Shown here in pieces: positions 51,881 through 62,624 of a stretch of 64,000 nucleotides of DNA. Under the pieces are notes generated by a model that was not told the DNA's origin, searched no databases, and saw only the letters and a program-made list of their open reading frames with translations. This stretch comes from an uncultured Wocania sp. (GTDB lineage Bacteria > Bacteroidota > Bacteroidia > Flavobacteriales > Flavobacteriaceae), in the NCBI RefSeq assembly GCF_964021735.1, contig NZ_CAXIBN010000001.1, positions 5 through 64,004 on the forward strand. The letters run 5' to 3'. Position 1 is the first letter of the stretch, and every line of letters starts with the position of its first letter. The translations under genes and the position numbers were made by a program.

Positions 51881-52136
51881 CTATTCTGGTTATTTTTTTC
51901 ACAAAAAAAGACGCTATAAAGCATCCTTTTGAATACAAACAAATATACAAAATTAAAAAGCCTTTAAAAAGCCTTTTAGCATGTTTGCTTAATAATTATC
52001 AACAATTGTTAATTACTCAAAACGCTCTTAAATCGACTAAAAAGCATCTTAAAATTGATTTTATAGTTTTTTAAATCGTTATTAAATCTAAAAAATCATA
52101 AAATGCCTTAAAACGCATATTTTAGATTTTATTATA

Positions 52137-52167
52137 ATGAAAAAGACCAACACAAAGCTGGTCTTTA
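52137..52167 (-). terminator. rho-independent terminator after asnB
   Basis: Stem aaagacca/tggtcttt with a T run on the minus strand. Confidence 0.65.
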
Positions 52168-52196
52168 CTAATAAAAATATATAACTGAATACTCAA

Positions 52197-53861
52197 TTAA
52201 TAAGCATCATCGTGTACTTTTGCTACTGCTCTACCCGATGGGTCATTCATGTTTTTAAATGCCTCATCCCATTCTAAGGCAATTTTTGTACTACATGCTA
52301 CACTAGGCTCTTGTGGTACACATAAAGCTGCTGCATCGCTCGGGAAATGCTCTTCGAAAATAGAACGGTAATAAAACTCTTCTTTGTTTTGTGGTGTTTG
52401 GATTGGAAATCTGAAATGTGCATTTTGGATTTGCTCATCGCTTACAGCGTTATTAACAACCTCTTTAAGCGTATCAATCCAACTGTAACCAACACCATCG
52501 CTAAATTGCTCTTTTTGCCTCCAAGCTACACTTTCAGGCAACATATCTTCAAAAGCCTTACGTACTACCCATTTTTCCATACGCTCACCGTTAATCATCT
52601 TGTCTTGAGGGTTAATTCTCATCGCAACATCCATGAATTCTTTATCTAAAAATGGAACACGACCTTCAATTCCCCATGCTGCTAAACTTTTGTTAGCTCT
52701 TAAACAATCGTACATATGAAGCTTGCTTAATTTACGCACGGTTTCTTCATGAAATTCTTGAGCATTAGGTGCTTTATGAAAGTACAAATAACCCCCAAAT
52801 AATTCATCTGCTCCTTCTCCAGATAACACCATTTTAATTCCCATCGATTTAATAACACGAGCCATTAAGTACATAGGCGTACTAGCTCTAATGGTAGTAA
52901 TATCATAAGTTTCTAAATTATAAATCACATCGCGAATAGCATCTAATCCTTCTTGAATAGTAAACTTAATTTCGTGGTGAATGGTTCCTATATGATCTGC
53001 TACTTTTTGTGCTGCAGCCAAATCTGGAGAACCTTCTAACCCTACTGAAAATGAATGCAATTGTGGCCACCAAGCTGCTTGTTTGTCATCAGATTCTATA
53101 CGTTTTTCTGCATATTTTTTCGCTATTGCTGAAGTAACAGATGAATCTAAACCACCTGATAACAAAACACCGTAAGGCACATCACTCATTAATTGTCTGT
53201 GTACCGCAGCTTCAAGCGCTTCTTTTATCTCGCTGATACTGGTTTCGTTATCTTTAACCGCATCATATTCTGTCCATTCTCTGTTATACCATTTTACAAA
53301 CTCACCATCTTTACTGCTTAAATAATGCCCTGGAGGGAACAATTCTATTTTAGTACAAACACCTTCTAAAGCTTTTAATTCTGAAGCTACATAGAATGTT
53401 CCGTTTTGATCCCAACCTATATAAAGTGGAATAATTCCCATGTGGTCTCTTGCTACAAAATATTCATCTTTTTCAACATCGTAAATAGCGAAGCCAAAAA
53501 TACCGTTCATTTCATCTACAAAATCTACTCCCTTTTCTTTATACAATGCCAAAATAACTTCGCAATCGCTTTCTGTTTGAAATGTATATTTACCTTCAAA
53601 CTGTTTACGTAATTCTCTGTGGTTATAAATCTCACCATTTGCTGCTAGAATTAACTTTTTATCTTCACTAAAAAGTGGCTGCTTTCCTGAGGCTGGATCT
53701 ACTATAGCCAAACGCTCATGTGCCATTATTGCTTTGTCGTCACTATAAATTCCACTCCAATCTGGTCCACGATGACGAATGGTTTTAGACATTTCTAATA
53801 TTTGAGGTCTTAAATCTTCAGCCTTTTGCTTTAAATCGAATGCACATACAATTCCACACAT
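52197..53861 (-). CDS. asnB: asparagine synthase (glutamine-hydrolysing)
   Basis: N-terminal 'MCGI' Ntn nucleophile. PP-loop 'LLSGGLDSS'. Confidence 0.95.
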   Translation of the reverse strand: MCGIVCAFDLKQKAEDLRPQILEMSKTIRHRGPDWSGIYSDDKAIMAHERLAIVDPASGKQPLFSEDKKLILAANGEIYNHRELRKQFEGKYTFQTESDCEVILALYKEKGVDFVDEMNGIFGFAIYDVEKDEYFVARDHMGIIPLYIGWDQNGTFYVASELKALEGVCTKIELFPPGHYLSSKDGEFVKWYNREWTEYDAVKDNETSISEIKEALEAAVHRQLMSDVPYGVLLSGGLDSSVTSAIAKKYAEKRIESDDKQAAWWPQLHSFSVGLEGSPDLAAAQKVADHIGTIHHEIKFTIQEGLDAIRDVIYNLETYDITTIRASTPMYLMARVIKSMGIKMVLSGEGADELFGGYLYFHKAPNAQEFHEETVRKLSKLHMYDCLRANKSLAAWGIEGRVPFLDKEFMDVAMRINPQDKMINGERMEKWVVRKAFEDMLPESVAWRQKEQFSDGVGYSWIDTLKEVVNNAVSDEQIQNAHFRFPIQTPQNKEEFYYRSIFEEHFPSDAAALCVPQEPSVACSTKIALEWDEAFKNMNDPSGRAVAKVHDDAY

Positions 53862-54122
53862 AATCTTTATCTTTTAATATATTTTATTCTAATTAATGAT
53901 ACAAAAATGCTATTATAGTTTTATTATAAAAACACAAAGCGAATAATTCGTTACAAATTAAAACTATTTAATAAGTATTTAGATAAATATGAAACTATAA
54001 AATTAATTTTTAGAAAGACCTTCTTGAAAAATGTAAACTTTAACATTCTGAAACGACTTTTATAAAAATATTAAGAGAATATCCCATTACCTTTAAAACA
54101 TTCTAAAAACTTAAGAATTATT

Positions 54123-54659
54123 ATGAAAAAATTATCATGTATTACAGCCATTGCTTTTGTTATGCTTTTATCAACTAATGTAAACGCTCAAGAGTTCGCA
54201 AAAGTGGACAAAAGCCCATTAGATGCTTCATTTTATAGAACTGAAAGAAATGCTCCTGCTTTAATAAAAATAGTATATAGCAGACCTTTTCTAAAAGGAA
54301 GATCTCTAAGTAAATTAGCCCCAAATGGAAAAGTTTGGAGAACAGGTGCTAATGAAGCTGCTGAAATTACTCTTTACAACGATATGAAAATAGCAGGAAA
54401 AAATGTTAAAGCTGGAACCTATTCGCTTTTTACAATTCCAGGAGAAAATGAATGGACTATTATTTTAAACTCAGACATTAATGTTTGGGGTGCTTACTCT
54501 TACAAAGAAGCAAATGATGTTGTTAGGGTTAATGCTCCTGTTACATCAGATGAAGAATCTATTGAAAACTTCTCTATAGCTTTTAATAAAACTGACGATG
54601 GTGTAAATATGCATTTAGGATGGGGAACGACAAGAGTAACAGTTCCGTTTACTAAATAA
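54123..54659 (+). CDS. DUF2911 domain secreted protein
   Basis: Signal peptide ending 'VNAQ'. 'WRTGANEAAEITL ... GTYSLFTIPGENEWTIILN' is typical of DUF2911. Confidence 0.7.
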   Translation: MKKLSCITAIAFVMLLSTNVNAQEFAKVDKSPLDASFYRTERNAPALIKIVYSRPFLKGRSLSKLAPNGKVWRTGANEAAEITLYNDMKIAGKNVKAGTYSLFTIPGENEWTIILNSDINVWGAYSYKEANDVVRVNAPVTSDEESIENFSIAFNKTDDGVNMHLGWGTTRVTVPFTK

Positions 54660-54675
54660 GACGTTGAACAAAACT

Positions 54676-54717
54676 AAAAATATCCATAAAGATTTTTTAA
54701 TCTTTATGGATATTTTT
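54676..54717. terminator. bidirectional terminator (DUF2911 gene / queE)
   Basis: 17-bp stem aaaaatatccataaaga/tctttatggatattttt. Confidence 0.8.
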
Positions 54718-54745
54718 AGTTTAGAAAAACCGATGAACAATGAAT

Positions 54746-55375
54746 TTACGGAATATTTAAATATTTATGCGTTTGTAGCGACACTTTCCATTTAGGATTT
54801 GCCATTACATAATCTACAATTTCTGGAACAACTTTATCACGTTTACTCCATTCTGGTTGCAAATATAAAATGCAATCTTTATTTACTTTAGAAGCTTGTT
54901 CTTCTGCAAAGCGAAAATCGTCTTTATTATATACAATCACTTTAAGTTCGTGTGCTTTTTCGTAAACCTCTTTAGTTGGAAGTTTCATTTTTTTAGGAGA
55001 CAAACAAATCCAATCCCAAGTTCCTGTCAATTTATAAGCGCCAGAGGTTTCAATATGTATTTGTAAGCCTTCAGCTTTAAGCTTATTAGTTAAAAGCGTC
55101 ATATCCCAAGTTAAAGGTTCTCCTCCAGTTATTACAATAGTATCACTATATTTTTTTGCATTTTCTACAATTTTGTTTGTATGGGTTGGCGGATGTAAAT
55201 CGGCATTCCAACTTTCTTTTACATCGCACCAATGGCAACCCACATCGCATCCTCCAATTCTAATAAAATAAGCCGCAGTGCCTTTATGATACCCTTCTCC
55301 TTGGATAGTATAAAACTCTTCCATTAATGGTAACATTTCACCTTTATCAACTAAACTTTGAAGCTCTTTTTTCAT
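54746..55375 (-). CDS. queE: 7-carboxy-7-deazaguanine synthase (radical SAM)
   Basis: 'GGCDVGCHWCD' (CX3CX2C), 'ITGGEP'. ATG at 55375 preferred over TTG at 55384. Confidence 0.85.
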   Translation of the reverse strand: MKKELQSLVDKGEMLPLMEEFYTIQGEGYHKGTAAYFIRIGGCDVGCHWCDVKESWNADLHPPTHTNKIVENAKKYSDTIVITGGEPLTWDMTLLTNKLKAEGLQIHIETSGAYKLTGTWDWICLSPKKMKLPTKEVYEKAHELKVIVYNKDDFRFAEEQASKVNKDCILYLQPEWSKRDKVVPEIVDYVMANPKWKVSLQTHKYLNIP

Positions 55376-55492
55376 AGTTTGCAAAGATACGTATTCCTAT
55401 TATAAATTTGCTATTTTGATTTCCAAATGAAATTACCTACTTTCGTGTCTTATTAAAATTTTAAAGTAAATTGCTCTCAACCTCTCTCTCAA

Positions 55493-56218
55493 ATGAAAAA
55501 AACTGCGTATTTAATAATACTGCTTTGCTGCAGCTATTATTACAGTGCCGCTCAAGTTGGTATTGGCACAACAAATCCAGATGCTTCGTCTATACTTGAT
55601 GTAGAATCTACAGACAAAGGAGTCCTTATCCCTAGACTTACTACTGTTCAAATTAATGCTATAGTTAATCCAGCTAACGGATTAATGATATATAATACTG
55701 ATTTAAATGAGTTTCAGTTTAATTGTGGCACCACGGCAATACCAGACTGGAGTAAAATTTCTCATGGAAACTCTGTAAAATATAGTAACACAGACATAAC
55801 GTCTAATTTAAACTCTTCGTCATATACTAATATTCCTATTTTTGGATTATTAGATTGGAATGATGATACTACGTTGTATTCCCAATCTGGAAATACAATA
55901 ACTATAAACACTACTGGAAGATATAGGATTACTACTAATATTGCTTATACTGTGCCAAGTGTGGGTAACAATACTCATCAGCGTGTTTCTGTAGAGGCTC
56001 GATTAGCAATTAATGGAACACCAACAGGAGCTATTGCCAATACAGGCTATGTAAGGCGTGCTAATAACCATAATGAAGCATCATTACATATAACCGAGGT
56101 TTTTAATATTATAGCAGGACAAACCATAAGTGTACAAACTATAAGAGGTGGAAATAGTGCCCCAGCAAATTTTAGAAGTGTTGGCACCTCAAATATTTAC
56201 ATTGAAAGAATAAAATAA
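55493..56218 (+). CDS. secreted protein with a Bacteroidota-typical N-module and a C1q/TNF-like C-terminal jelly-roll
   Basis: Signal peptide ending 'SAAQ'. 'VGIGTTNPDASSILDVESTDKGVLIPRLTT ... NGLMIYNT'. C-terminal 'GRYRITTNIAYTV ... VSVEARLAINGTP ... ISVQT'. Confidence 0.55.
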   Translation: MKKTAYLIILLCCSYYYSAAQVGIGTTNPDASSILDVESTDKGVLIPRLTTVQINAIVNPANGLMIYNTDLNEFQFNCGTTAIPDWSKISHGNSVKYSNTDITSNLNSSSYTNIPIFGLLDWNDDTTLYSQSGNTITINTTGRYRITTNIAYTVPSVGNNTHQRVSVEARLAINGTPTGAIANTGYVRRANNHNEASLHITEVFNIIAGQTISVQTIRGGNSAPANFRSVGTSNIYIERIK

Positions 56219-56291
56219 TTAACTTTATTTACTAAAAACCTTATTTTTTTCTTCTTCATTTTTCCTGTATTTTTATGCAAAATTATTAGGC

Positions 56292-57833
56292 ATGAGTAAT
56301 AAGGAAAATTTTTTTAAGCATATCTCTGAGGGCAATACCACCAAAGGCGATTTTATTCCCATTGGTGCTGCAATGTTAAATGGTGAAACTGTTACAGGTG
56401 CACATGTAAAAATTCCTTTAAAAACCATGAATCGTCATGGTTTAATTGCTGGAGCCACAGGTACTGGTAAAACCAAATCGTTACAAGTTTTAGCCGAAAA
56501 TTTAAGTGATAAAGGTATTCCTGTTTTACTTATGGATATAAAAGGTGATTTAAGCGGATTAGCGCAACCAAGTCCTGGGCATCCTAAAATTAACGAACGC
56601 CACGAAAAAATTGGATTACCATTTGAAGCTAAATCGTTTCCTGTTGAAATTTTAACACTTTCTGAGCAAGATGGTGTTAGGTTAAGAGCTACTGTTAGTG
56701 AATTTGGTCCTGTTTTACTATCGCGTATTTTAGGTTTATCTGAAACCCAATCTGGTGTAGTAGCTGTTATTTTCCAATACTGCGACGATAATAAATATCC
56801 TATTCTTGATTTAAAAGATTTTAAAAAAATATTACAATATGCCACTAACGAAGGTAAAAAAGAATTTACCGAAGCTTATGGCAGAATATCAACAGCATCA
56901 ACAGGCGCAATCCTAAGAAAAGTTATTGAGTTAGAGCAACAAGGTGCTGATCTATTTTTTGGCGAAACCTCTTTTGATGTTGATGATTTATTACGTGTTG
57001 ATAAAGATGGTAGAGGCTACATTAACATTATCAGACTTACCGACATTCAAGATAGACCCAAACTATTCTCAACATTTATGTTAAGTTTATTGGCTGAAAT
57101 TTATTCAACTTTCCCAGAACAAGGTGATAGCGATAGGCCAGAACTTATTATGTTTATTGACGAAGCACATTTAATTTTTAACGAAGCATCAAAAGCCCTA
57201 TTAAATCAAATTGAAAGCATAGTAAAGTTAATACGCAGTAAAGGTGTCGGATTATATTTTGTAACCCAAAATCCAACCGATGTTCCCGAAGCTGTTTTAA
57301 GTCAATTAGGTTTAAAAGTGCAACATGCTTTAAGAGCTTTTACTGCAAAAGATAGAAAAGCCATTAAACTAACCGCACAAAATTATCCAGATTCTGAGTA
57401 TTACGATACTACCGAAGTTTTAACATCCTTAGGTATTGGCGAAGCTTTAGTCTCGGCTTTAGATGAAAAAGGGCGACCAACACCACTTGCAGCAACCATG
57501 ATGCGCGCACCAATGAGCAGAATGGATGTTTTAACCGATAGCGAATTGAGCAATTTATTATCTGAATCTAAAATGGTTAAAAAGTATAATGAAGCTATTG
57601 ATAGAGAAAGTGCTTACGAAATGCTCAACGAAAAAATAAAACAAGCTGAAGCTGAAGAAACCAAAGAAAAAGCGCGACAAGAGAGAGAAGCACTTAAAAA
57701 AGTAGAATCTAAACAACGAGCTTTATCAACAAGACGAAAAAGTACACGTATAAATCCCATAGTTAAAGTACTTACAAGTGCTACATTTATAAGAAGTGTT
57801 TTTGGCATTTTAAATAAAGTTTTAAAAAAATAA
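56292..57833 (+). CDS. DUF853 (YjgR/HerA-like) P-loop ATPase
   Basis: Walker A 'GATGTGKT'. Walker B-like 'LIMFIDEAH'. Basic C-terminal tail. Confidence 0.85.
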   Translation: MSNKENFFKHISEGNTTKGDFIPIGAAMLNGETVTGAHVKIPLKTMNRHGLIAGATGTGKTKSLQVLAENLSDKGIPVLLMDIKGDLSGLAQPSPGHPKINERHEKIGLPFEAKSFPVEILTLSEQDGVRLRATVSEFGPVLLSRILGLSETQSGVVAVIFQYCDDNKYPILDLKDFKKILQYATNEGKKEFTEAYGRISTASTGAILRKVIELEQQGADLFFGETSFDVDDLLRVDKDGRGYINIIRLTDIQDRPKLFSTFMLSLLAEIYSTFPEQGDSDRPELIMFIDEAHLIFNEASKALLNQIESIVKLIRSKGVGLYFVTQNPTDVPEAVLSQLGLKVQHALRAFTAKDRKAIKLTAQNYPDSEYYDTTEVLTSLGIGEALVSALDEKGRPTPLAATMMRAPMSRMDVLTDSELSNLLSESKMVKKYNEAIDRESAYEMLNEKIKQAEAEETKEKARQEREALKKVESKQRALSTRRKSTRINPIVKVLTSATFIRSVFGILNKVLKK

Positions 57834-57874
57834 TCAAATATCAACACTTCAATAATTCTAATAAAAAATAATCA

Positions 57875-58435
57875 ATGCACAAATCAATTTTCAGCCTCAT
57901 AATCTTAACCCTATTTGTAGTTAGTTGCAAAAAGGAACAAGACCCTTTTCAAATTAGCAAACACCATGTTGGACTACTAACCGACTCTACTCAAGTTAAA
58001 GATTTAGAACTAGTCTTTAGTAAAGATTCAGTTGTAAAACTTATTAGTGGTGATGAGTTTACTGGTAACAATAGTGATATTAAAATTTTTGAAAAAGGTG
58101 GTAAAAAACTATTATCGTTAACCCCAAGACAATCTTTAGATTCAACCTCGGTTATACAAAGTGTTCAAATTTTCGATCCTCGTTTTAAAACTGATAAAAA
58201 CATAACAACTTTAAGCACTTTTAAAGACATCACAAATAATTATAAAATTTCAAGAATAGACAATTTAATAAATTCTATTGTAATTTCTGTAAACGACATT
58301 AATGCTGCTTTTACAATTGATAAAAAAGAACTACCTGCAAACCTTCGTTTCGATATGAATTTAAATATTGAATCTGCACATATTCCTGATGATGCAAAAG
58401 TGAAATACTTTTTCTTAAATTGGAGTAAAATTTAA
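57875..58435 (+). CDS. hypothetical lipoprotein
   Basis: Lipobox 'FVVSC'. No recognisable motif. Confidence 0.6.
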   Translation: MHKSIFSLIILTLFVVSCKKEQDPFQISKHHVGLLTDSTQVKDLELVFSKDSVVKLISGDEFTGNNSDIKIFEKGGKKLLSLTPRQSLDSTSVIQSVQIFDPRFKTDKNITTLSTFKDITNNYKISRIDNLINSIVISVNDINAAFTIDKKELPANLRFDMNLNIESAHIPDDAKVKYFFLNWSKI

Positions 58436-58448
58436 TAAAACAAATCCT

Positions 58449-59420
58449 ATGAATCCACTTATCTCAAAGCTTTTAGTTAATATCGCTCGCAAAAGGCTTG
58501 AAGATAAACACACAAACAAACCAATAAATACAAATGAACTTGCTCCTGCTGTTAGAAAACTAAAAGTAGAACTGTCTCATGGTATTAAAGAATATATTTT
58601 CATATTAATTGGTGTGTTTTCTGCTGGTTTTGGTTTAAAAGGTTTTTTATTACCTAATAAATTTATAGACGGTGGTGCCACTGGAATCTCACTATTATTA
58701 GAACATATAACATCCTTAAATTTAGGATTATTATTAGTACTAGTTAACCTGCCTTTTGTATTTCTAGCTTCTAAAACCATAGGCAATAAATTTGCTTTAA
58801 GAAGTATTGTAGCCATTACCCTTTTAGCATTTGTTGTTCATTTTGTAGACTACCCAATTATTACAGAAGACAAATTATTAATTGCTGTTTTTGGTGGTTT
58901 CTTTTTAGGTTTAGGAATTGGAATGTCTATGCGAGGTGGGAGCGTTATTGATGGCACCGAAGTTTTAGCCATTTATTTGGGTAGAAAATTATCGCTCACC
59001 ATTGGCGATGTATTGTTACTTATTAACATTATAATCTTCTCTATAGGTGGTTATATTTTATCTATGGAAACAGCTCTTTACGCTATATTAACATATTTAG
59101 CAGCAGCAAAAACCGTAGATTTTGTAGTTGATGGTGTTGAAGAATATGTAGGCGTTACTATAATTTCGAATAAACATGAAGAATTACGACTTATGCTTAC
59201 AAAAAAGCTAGGGCGGGCTTGCACCATTTATGCAGGAAAAGGCGGTTTTGGAAGTAATGGAGAAAGCTACGACAAAGACATCATTTACACTATTGTAACA
59301 CGATTAGAACTTGCTAAACTGCAGACTGAAATTGATAAAATTGATGAAAAAGCCTTTGTTATTATGGGCGTTGTTAAAGATTTAAAAGGCGGAATGATTA
59401 AGAAAAAACCGATGAAATAA
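58449..59420 (+). CDS. YitT-family membrane protein (DUF2179 C-terminal domain)
   Basis: 'FLLPNKFIDGGATGISLL', five TM segments, then a soluble C-terminal domain 'AFVIMGVVKDLKGG'. Confidence 0.85.
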   Translation: MNPLISKLLVNIARKRLEDKHTNKPINTNELAPAVRKLKVELSHGIKEYIFILIGVFSAGFGLKGFLLPNKFIDGGATGISLLLEHITSLNLGLLLVLVNLPFVFLASKTIGNKFALRSIVAITLLAFVVHFVDYPIITEDKLLIAVFGGFFLGLGIGMSMRGGSVIDGTEVLAIYLGRKLSLTIGDVLLLINIIIFSIGGYILSMETALYAILTYLAAAKTVDFVVDGVEEYVGVTIISNKHEELRLMLTKKLGRACTIYAGKGGFGSNGESYDKDIIYTIVTRLELAKLQTEIDKIDEKAFVIMGVVKDLKGGMIKKKPMK

Positions 59421-59453
59421 TCGAATTAACAAAAATTGTATTACAATAAAAAT

Positions 59454-59822
59454 ATGCCTCAAAAAAAATACACCATACAAAACAAGCCTTTTATCGTACC
59501 AACTAACGATGGTAAAATTATAAGCGAACATTTTGGAATAGCAACCGATAGGAATTCTAAAATAAGTATCGCACACATGAAAGCACCAGCAGGTTGGAGC
59601 GAACCTTTTCAAACTCCAGAATTTGATGAATACACATTCATTATCAAAGGCAAAAAACAATTTATTATTGAAAACGAAACCGTTGTTTTAAAAGCTGGTG
59701 AATCTATCAAAATTAAAAAAAATACAAGAGTACAATATTCCAATCCGTTTAAAGAAACTTGCGAATATATTGCCATTTGCACGCCTGCATTTTCTATGAA
59801 TTTAGTAAATAGAGAGGATTAA
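59454..59822 (+). CDS. cupin-domain protein
   Basis: 122 aa from MPQKKYT. Beta-rich, 'EYTFIIKGKKQFIIENETVVLKAGESIKI'. Confidence 0.55.
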   Translation: MPQKKYTIQNKPFIVPTNDGKIISEHFGIATDRNSKISIAHMKAPAGWSEPFQTPEFDEYTFIIKGKKQFIIENETVVLKAGESIKIKKNTRVQYSNPFKETCEYIAICTPAFSMNLVNRED

Positions 59823-60650
59823 ATGAAGCAGTATCTTCCAAAAATTATTGGTTTTTCTATAAACCTTATAAGTTATTTTTCATCTTCACGTGCAGCAAAA
59901 ATAGCGATTTACATTTTTTCAAAACCAAGAAAGGGTAAGCTAAAAGAAGAGGAAATAAATTATCTTAAATCCGCTATAGAAAAAGACATTATTTACAATA
60001 ATTTCACCCTAAAAACATATCACTGGAAAGGAAATAAAGAAACCGTTCTACTTGCACATGGTTGGGAAAGCAACTCTTTTAGATGGAAGGATTTAATCGA
60101 GATACTTCGAAATCTAGATTATACGGTTATTGCTTTAGATGCACCTGCTCATGGTAATTCTGGAAGCAAAACATTCAACGCTTTGTTATATTCAGAATGC
60201 ATTAATGCTACTCTAAAACAATTTAAAGTCGATACCATTATTGGGCATTCTGTTGGCGGTACAGCTAGTGCTATTGCATTAGATAGCAACAATAAATTAT
60301 CTATTAAAAAATTAATTTCACTAGGAGCTCCTTCAAACTTTATTGGCTTGGTTAAAAATTATAATAACATGATGGGGTTTAATAAAAATGTTATTAAAGC
60401 TATAAACATATACTATTTAAAACATTTTGGATATTTACCAGAATATTTTACTGTAGCAAATTTTTCAAAAAACATTCAAGCAAAGGGGTTAATTATTCAC
60501 GATAAAAAAGACAGAATTATTCCTTACAGAGATGCTTTAGAAATTAAAAAACATTATCAAAATGCCGAACTAATTAAAACCATGGGGTTTGGTCACGGGC
60601 TTAAGTCAGATAAAGTCTATAATCATATAATAGAATTTTTAAACACCTAA
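59823..60650 (+). CDS. alpha/beta hydrolase
   Basis: 'LLAHGWESN' and the nucleophile elbow 'GHSVGG'. C-terminal 'GFGHGL'. Confidence 0.8.
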   Translation: MKQYLPKIIGFSINLISYFSSSRAAKIAIYIFSKPRKGKLKEEEINYLKSAIEKDIIYNNFTLKTYHWKGNKETVLLAHGWESNSFRWKDLIEILRNLDYTVIALDAPAHGNSGSKTFNALLYSECINATLKQFKVDTIIGHSVGGTASAIALDSNNKLSIKKLISLGAPSNFIGLVKNYNNMMGFNKNVIKAINIYYLKHFGYLPEYFTVANFSKNIQAKGLIIHDKKDRIIPYRDALEIKKHYQNAELIKTMGFGHGLKSDKVYNHIIEFLNT

Positions 60651-60670
60651 GTTTATTGTACTTTTGAGCC

Positions 60671-61429
60671 ATGAGTGAAGGATTAAAACGAATCAACAAA
60701 TTTTTAAGCGAAGCTGGATATTGCTCGCGCAGAGAAGCAGATAAATTAATTGAAGCTGGTAGAGTTACAATTAACGGTGTAGTACCAGAAATGGGAACAA
60801 AAATTACACTAAATGATATTGTACATGTTGATGGAAAAGAAATTAAAAACACTAAAGAATCTTTTGTTTACTTAGCGTTTAACAAACCCGTCGGAATAGT
60901 TTGCACTACAGATACAAGTGTAGAAAAAGATAATATTATCGATTTTATTAATTACTCAAAACGTATTTTTCCTATAGGTAGATTAGACAAACCCAGCGAA
61001 GGTTTAATACTTTTAACAGACGATGGCGATATTGTAAACAAGATTCTTAGAGCAAGTAATAATCACGAAAAAGAATATATTGTTACAGTTGATAAACCCA
61101 TTTCGCAAACGTTTATTAATAGAATGTCTAACGGTATTTATCTTGAAGACTTAGGGCAAACGACAAAAAAATGTGAAGTCAAAAAAATAAATTCAAATAC
61201 GTTTAGTATTATTTTAACTCAAGGATTAAACAGGCAAATTCGTCGCATGTGCGAATATTTAACTTACGAGGTTGAAACCTTAAAGCGTATTCGAATAATG
61301 AATATAAAACTCGATATGCCTTTAGGCGGATACAGAGAACTTACCAAAGATGAGCTTAGCGAATTAAATAGATTAATTAGCACATCTAACAAAGAATATA
61401 TAGCATCTACAAATAGAATAAAAAAGTAA
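60671..61429 (+). CDS. RsuA/RluF-family rRNA pseudouridine synthase
   Basis: S4 domain '[30 protein letters not shown]'. Catalytic '[16 protein letters not shown]'. 'NRQIRRM'. Confidence 0.85.
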   Translation: MSEGLKRINKFLSEAGYCSRREADKLIEAGRVTINGVVPEMGTKITLNDIVHVDGKEIKNTKESFVYLAFNKPVGIVCTTDTSVEKDNIIDFINYSKRIFPIGRLDKPSEGLILLTDDGDIVNKILRASNNHEKEYIVTVDKPISQTFINRMSNGIYLEDLGQTTKKCEVKKINSNTFSIILTQGLNRQIRRMCEYLTYEVETLKRIRIMNIKLDMPLGGYRELTKDELSELNRLISTSNKEYIASTNRIKK

Positions 61430-61442
61430 AATTATATCAAAC

Positions 61443-61865
61443 ATGGCATCTCCTTTTCATTTAGCAATTCCTGTTTATAATTTAGAAGCTTGTAGAACAT
61501 TTTATCGCGATATTTTAAATTGCGAAGAAGGACGAAGTAGTACCCATTGGATAGATTTTAACTTTTTTGGACATCAATTAGTTATTCATTACAAACCCAA
61601 ATCTAACCAAGAGTTAGAGTTACACACAAATCCTGTTGATGGAAAATCTGTACCTGTACCCCATTTTGGAGTCGTTTTAGATTGGGAAACTTTTCACGCT
61701 TTCGCGGAAGATTTAAAAAGTAAAAATATTGAATTTGTTATAGAACCTTATATTAGGTTTGAAGGTTTAGTAGGCGAACAAGCCACTATGTTTTTTTATG
61801 ATCCATCTGGTAATGCTTTAGAGTTTAAAGCCTTTAAAGATGTTGAGCAATTGTTTACTAAATAG
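61443..61865 (+). CDS. VOC (glyoxalase/dioxygenase) family protein
   Basis: '[17 protein letters not shown] ... PHFGVVL ... [12 protein letters not shown]'. Confidence 0.75.
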   Translation: MASPFHLAIPVYNLEACRTFYRDILNCEEGRSSTHWIDFNFFGHQLVIHYKPKSNQELELHTNPVDGKSVPVPHFGVVLDWETFHAFAEDLKSKNIEFVIEPYIRFEGLVGEQATMFFYDPSGNALEFKAFKDVEQLFTK

Positions 61866-62598
61866 TAGTTTCCAGTTTTTTACGCTTTCTTTCAGCTAAA
61901 AAAAATGGTAAATAAATCAATAAAAAATAGGGGATTATTATTATCTGTACTACAATTATATAAAATGGCCATTCCCCAAAATAATCTAGTACCGATGCAG
62001 ACTGTGGCTTTTCATTTAAATAAAAATAATTAGCATTTAAAACGTAATTAATAACAACCATAAAAATAACGTAAAACTGCAATGCAAAGAATGATTTAAA
62101 AATACTTTTAAAAGTTGGTTTCATTTTAAACACAAAAATGGCATAAAAAATAATAATTAAAAGCCCCAAATGAACCACCCAATATCTAAAATAATCGAAT
62201 GCTGGAAACCCTTGTGCAATATCTGGTGTTAAAATACCTTGTGTTGTTCCTGCTATTATCCAAAAAAGTAATATTTCGAACATCCAAAACTTTCTGTAAT
62301 AGGTGAAAACAGGTATTAGTAATGCTATTAAACTACATAAGTACAAAGGTAAATCAGTAGTAATATTGTAATTACCCATACTTATGCTATGCAAATGATA
62401 TCCAAATACAGTAATTGAAACTAAACACCCAAATACGTGTAACGCTTTCTGCTGTTGCTTTTTACTTAATTTTTGTTTGGAGTATTTAATAAATAAAATA
62501 CAAAATATAACCGAAAAAAGAATTGGTAGTATATGCTCAAAACTACCAATAGCAACTCTTTTAAATAAAAAAATTGCGTTATAAATAATGAAATTCAT
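61858..62598 (-). CDS. polytopic membrane protein (YwaF/TIGR02206-like)
   Basis: About 7 TM helices. Start trimmed to MNFIIYN (ATG 62598). Confidence 0.55.
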   Translation of the reverse strand: MNFIIYNAIFLFKRVAIGSFEHILPILFSVIFCILFIKYSKQKLSKKQQQKALHVFGCLVSITVFGYHLHSISMGNYNITTDLPLYLCSLIALLIPVFTYYRKFWMFEILLFWIIAGTTQGILTPDIAQGFPAFDYFRYWVVHLGLLIIIFYAIFVFKMKPTFKSIFKSFFALQFYVIFMVVINYVLNANYFYLNEKPQSASVLDYFGEWPFYIIVVQIIIIPYFLLIYLPFFLAERKRKKLETTI

Positions 62599-62624
62599 AA
62601 CGCAATTTAATAAAATTATAACCA

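Noticed and set aside
51991-52011. oriC near gyrB (DnaA-box-like ttatcaaca)
   Set aside because: There is only a single degenerate box, with no cluster of boxes, no adjacent AT-rich 13-mer array and no dnaA gene.
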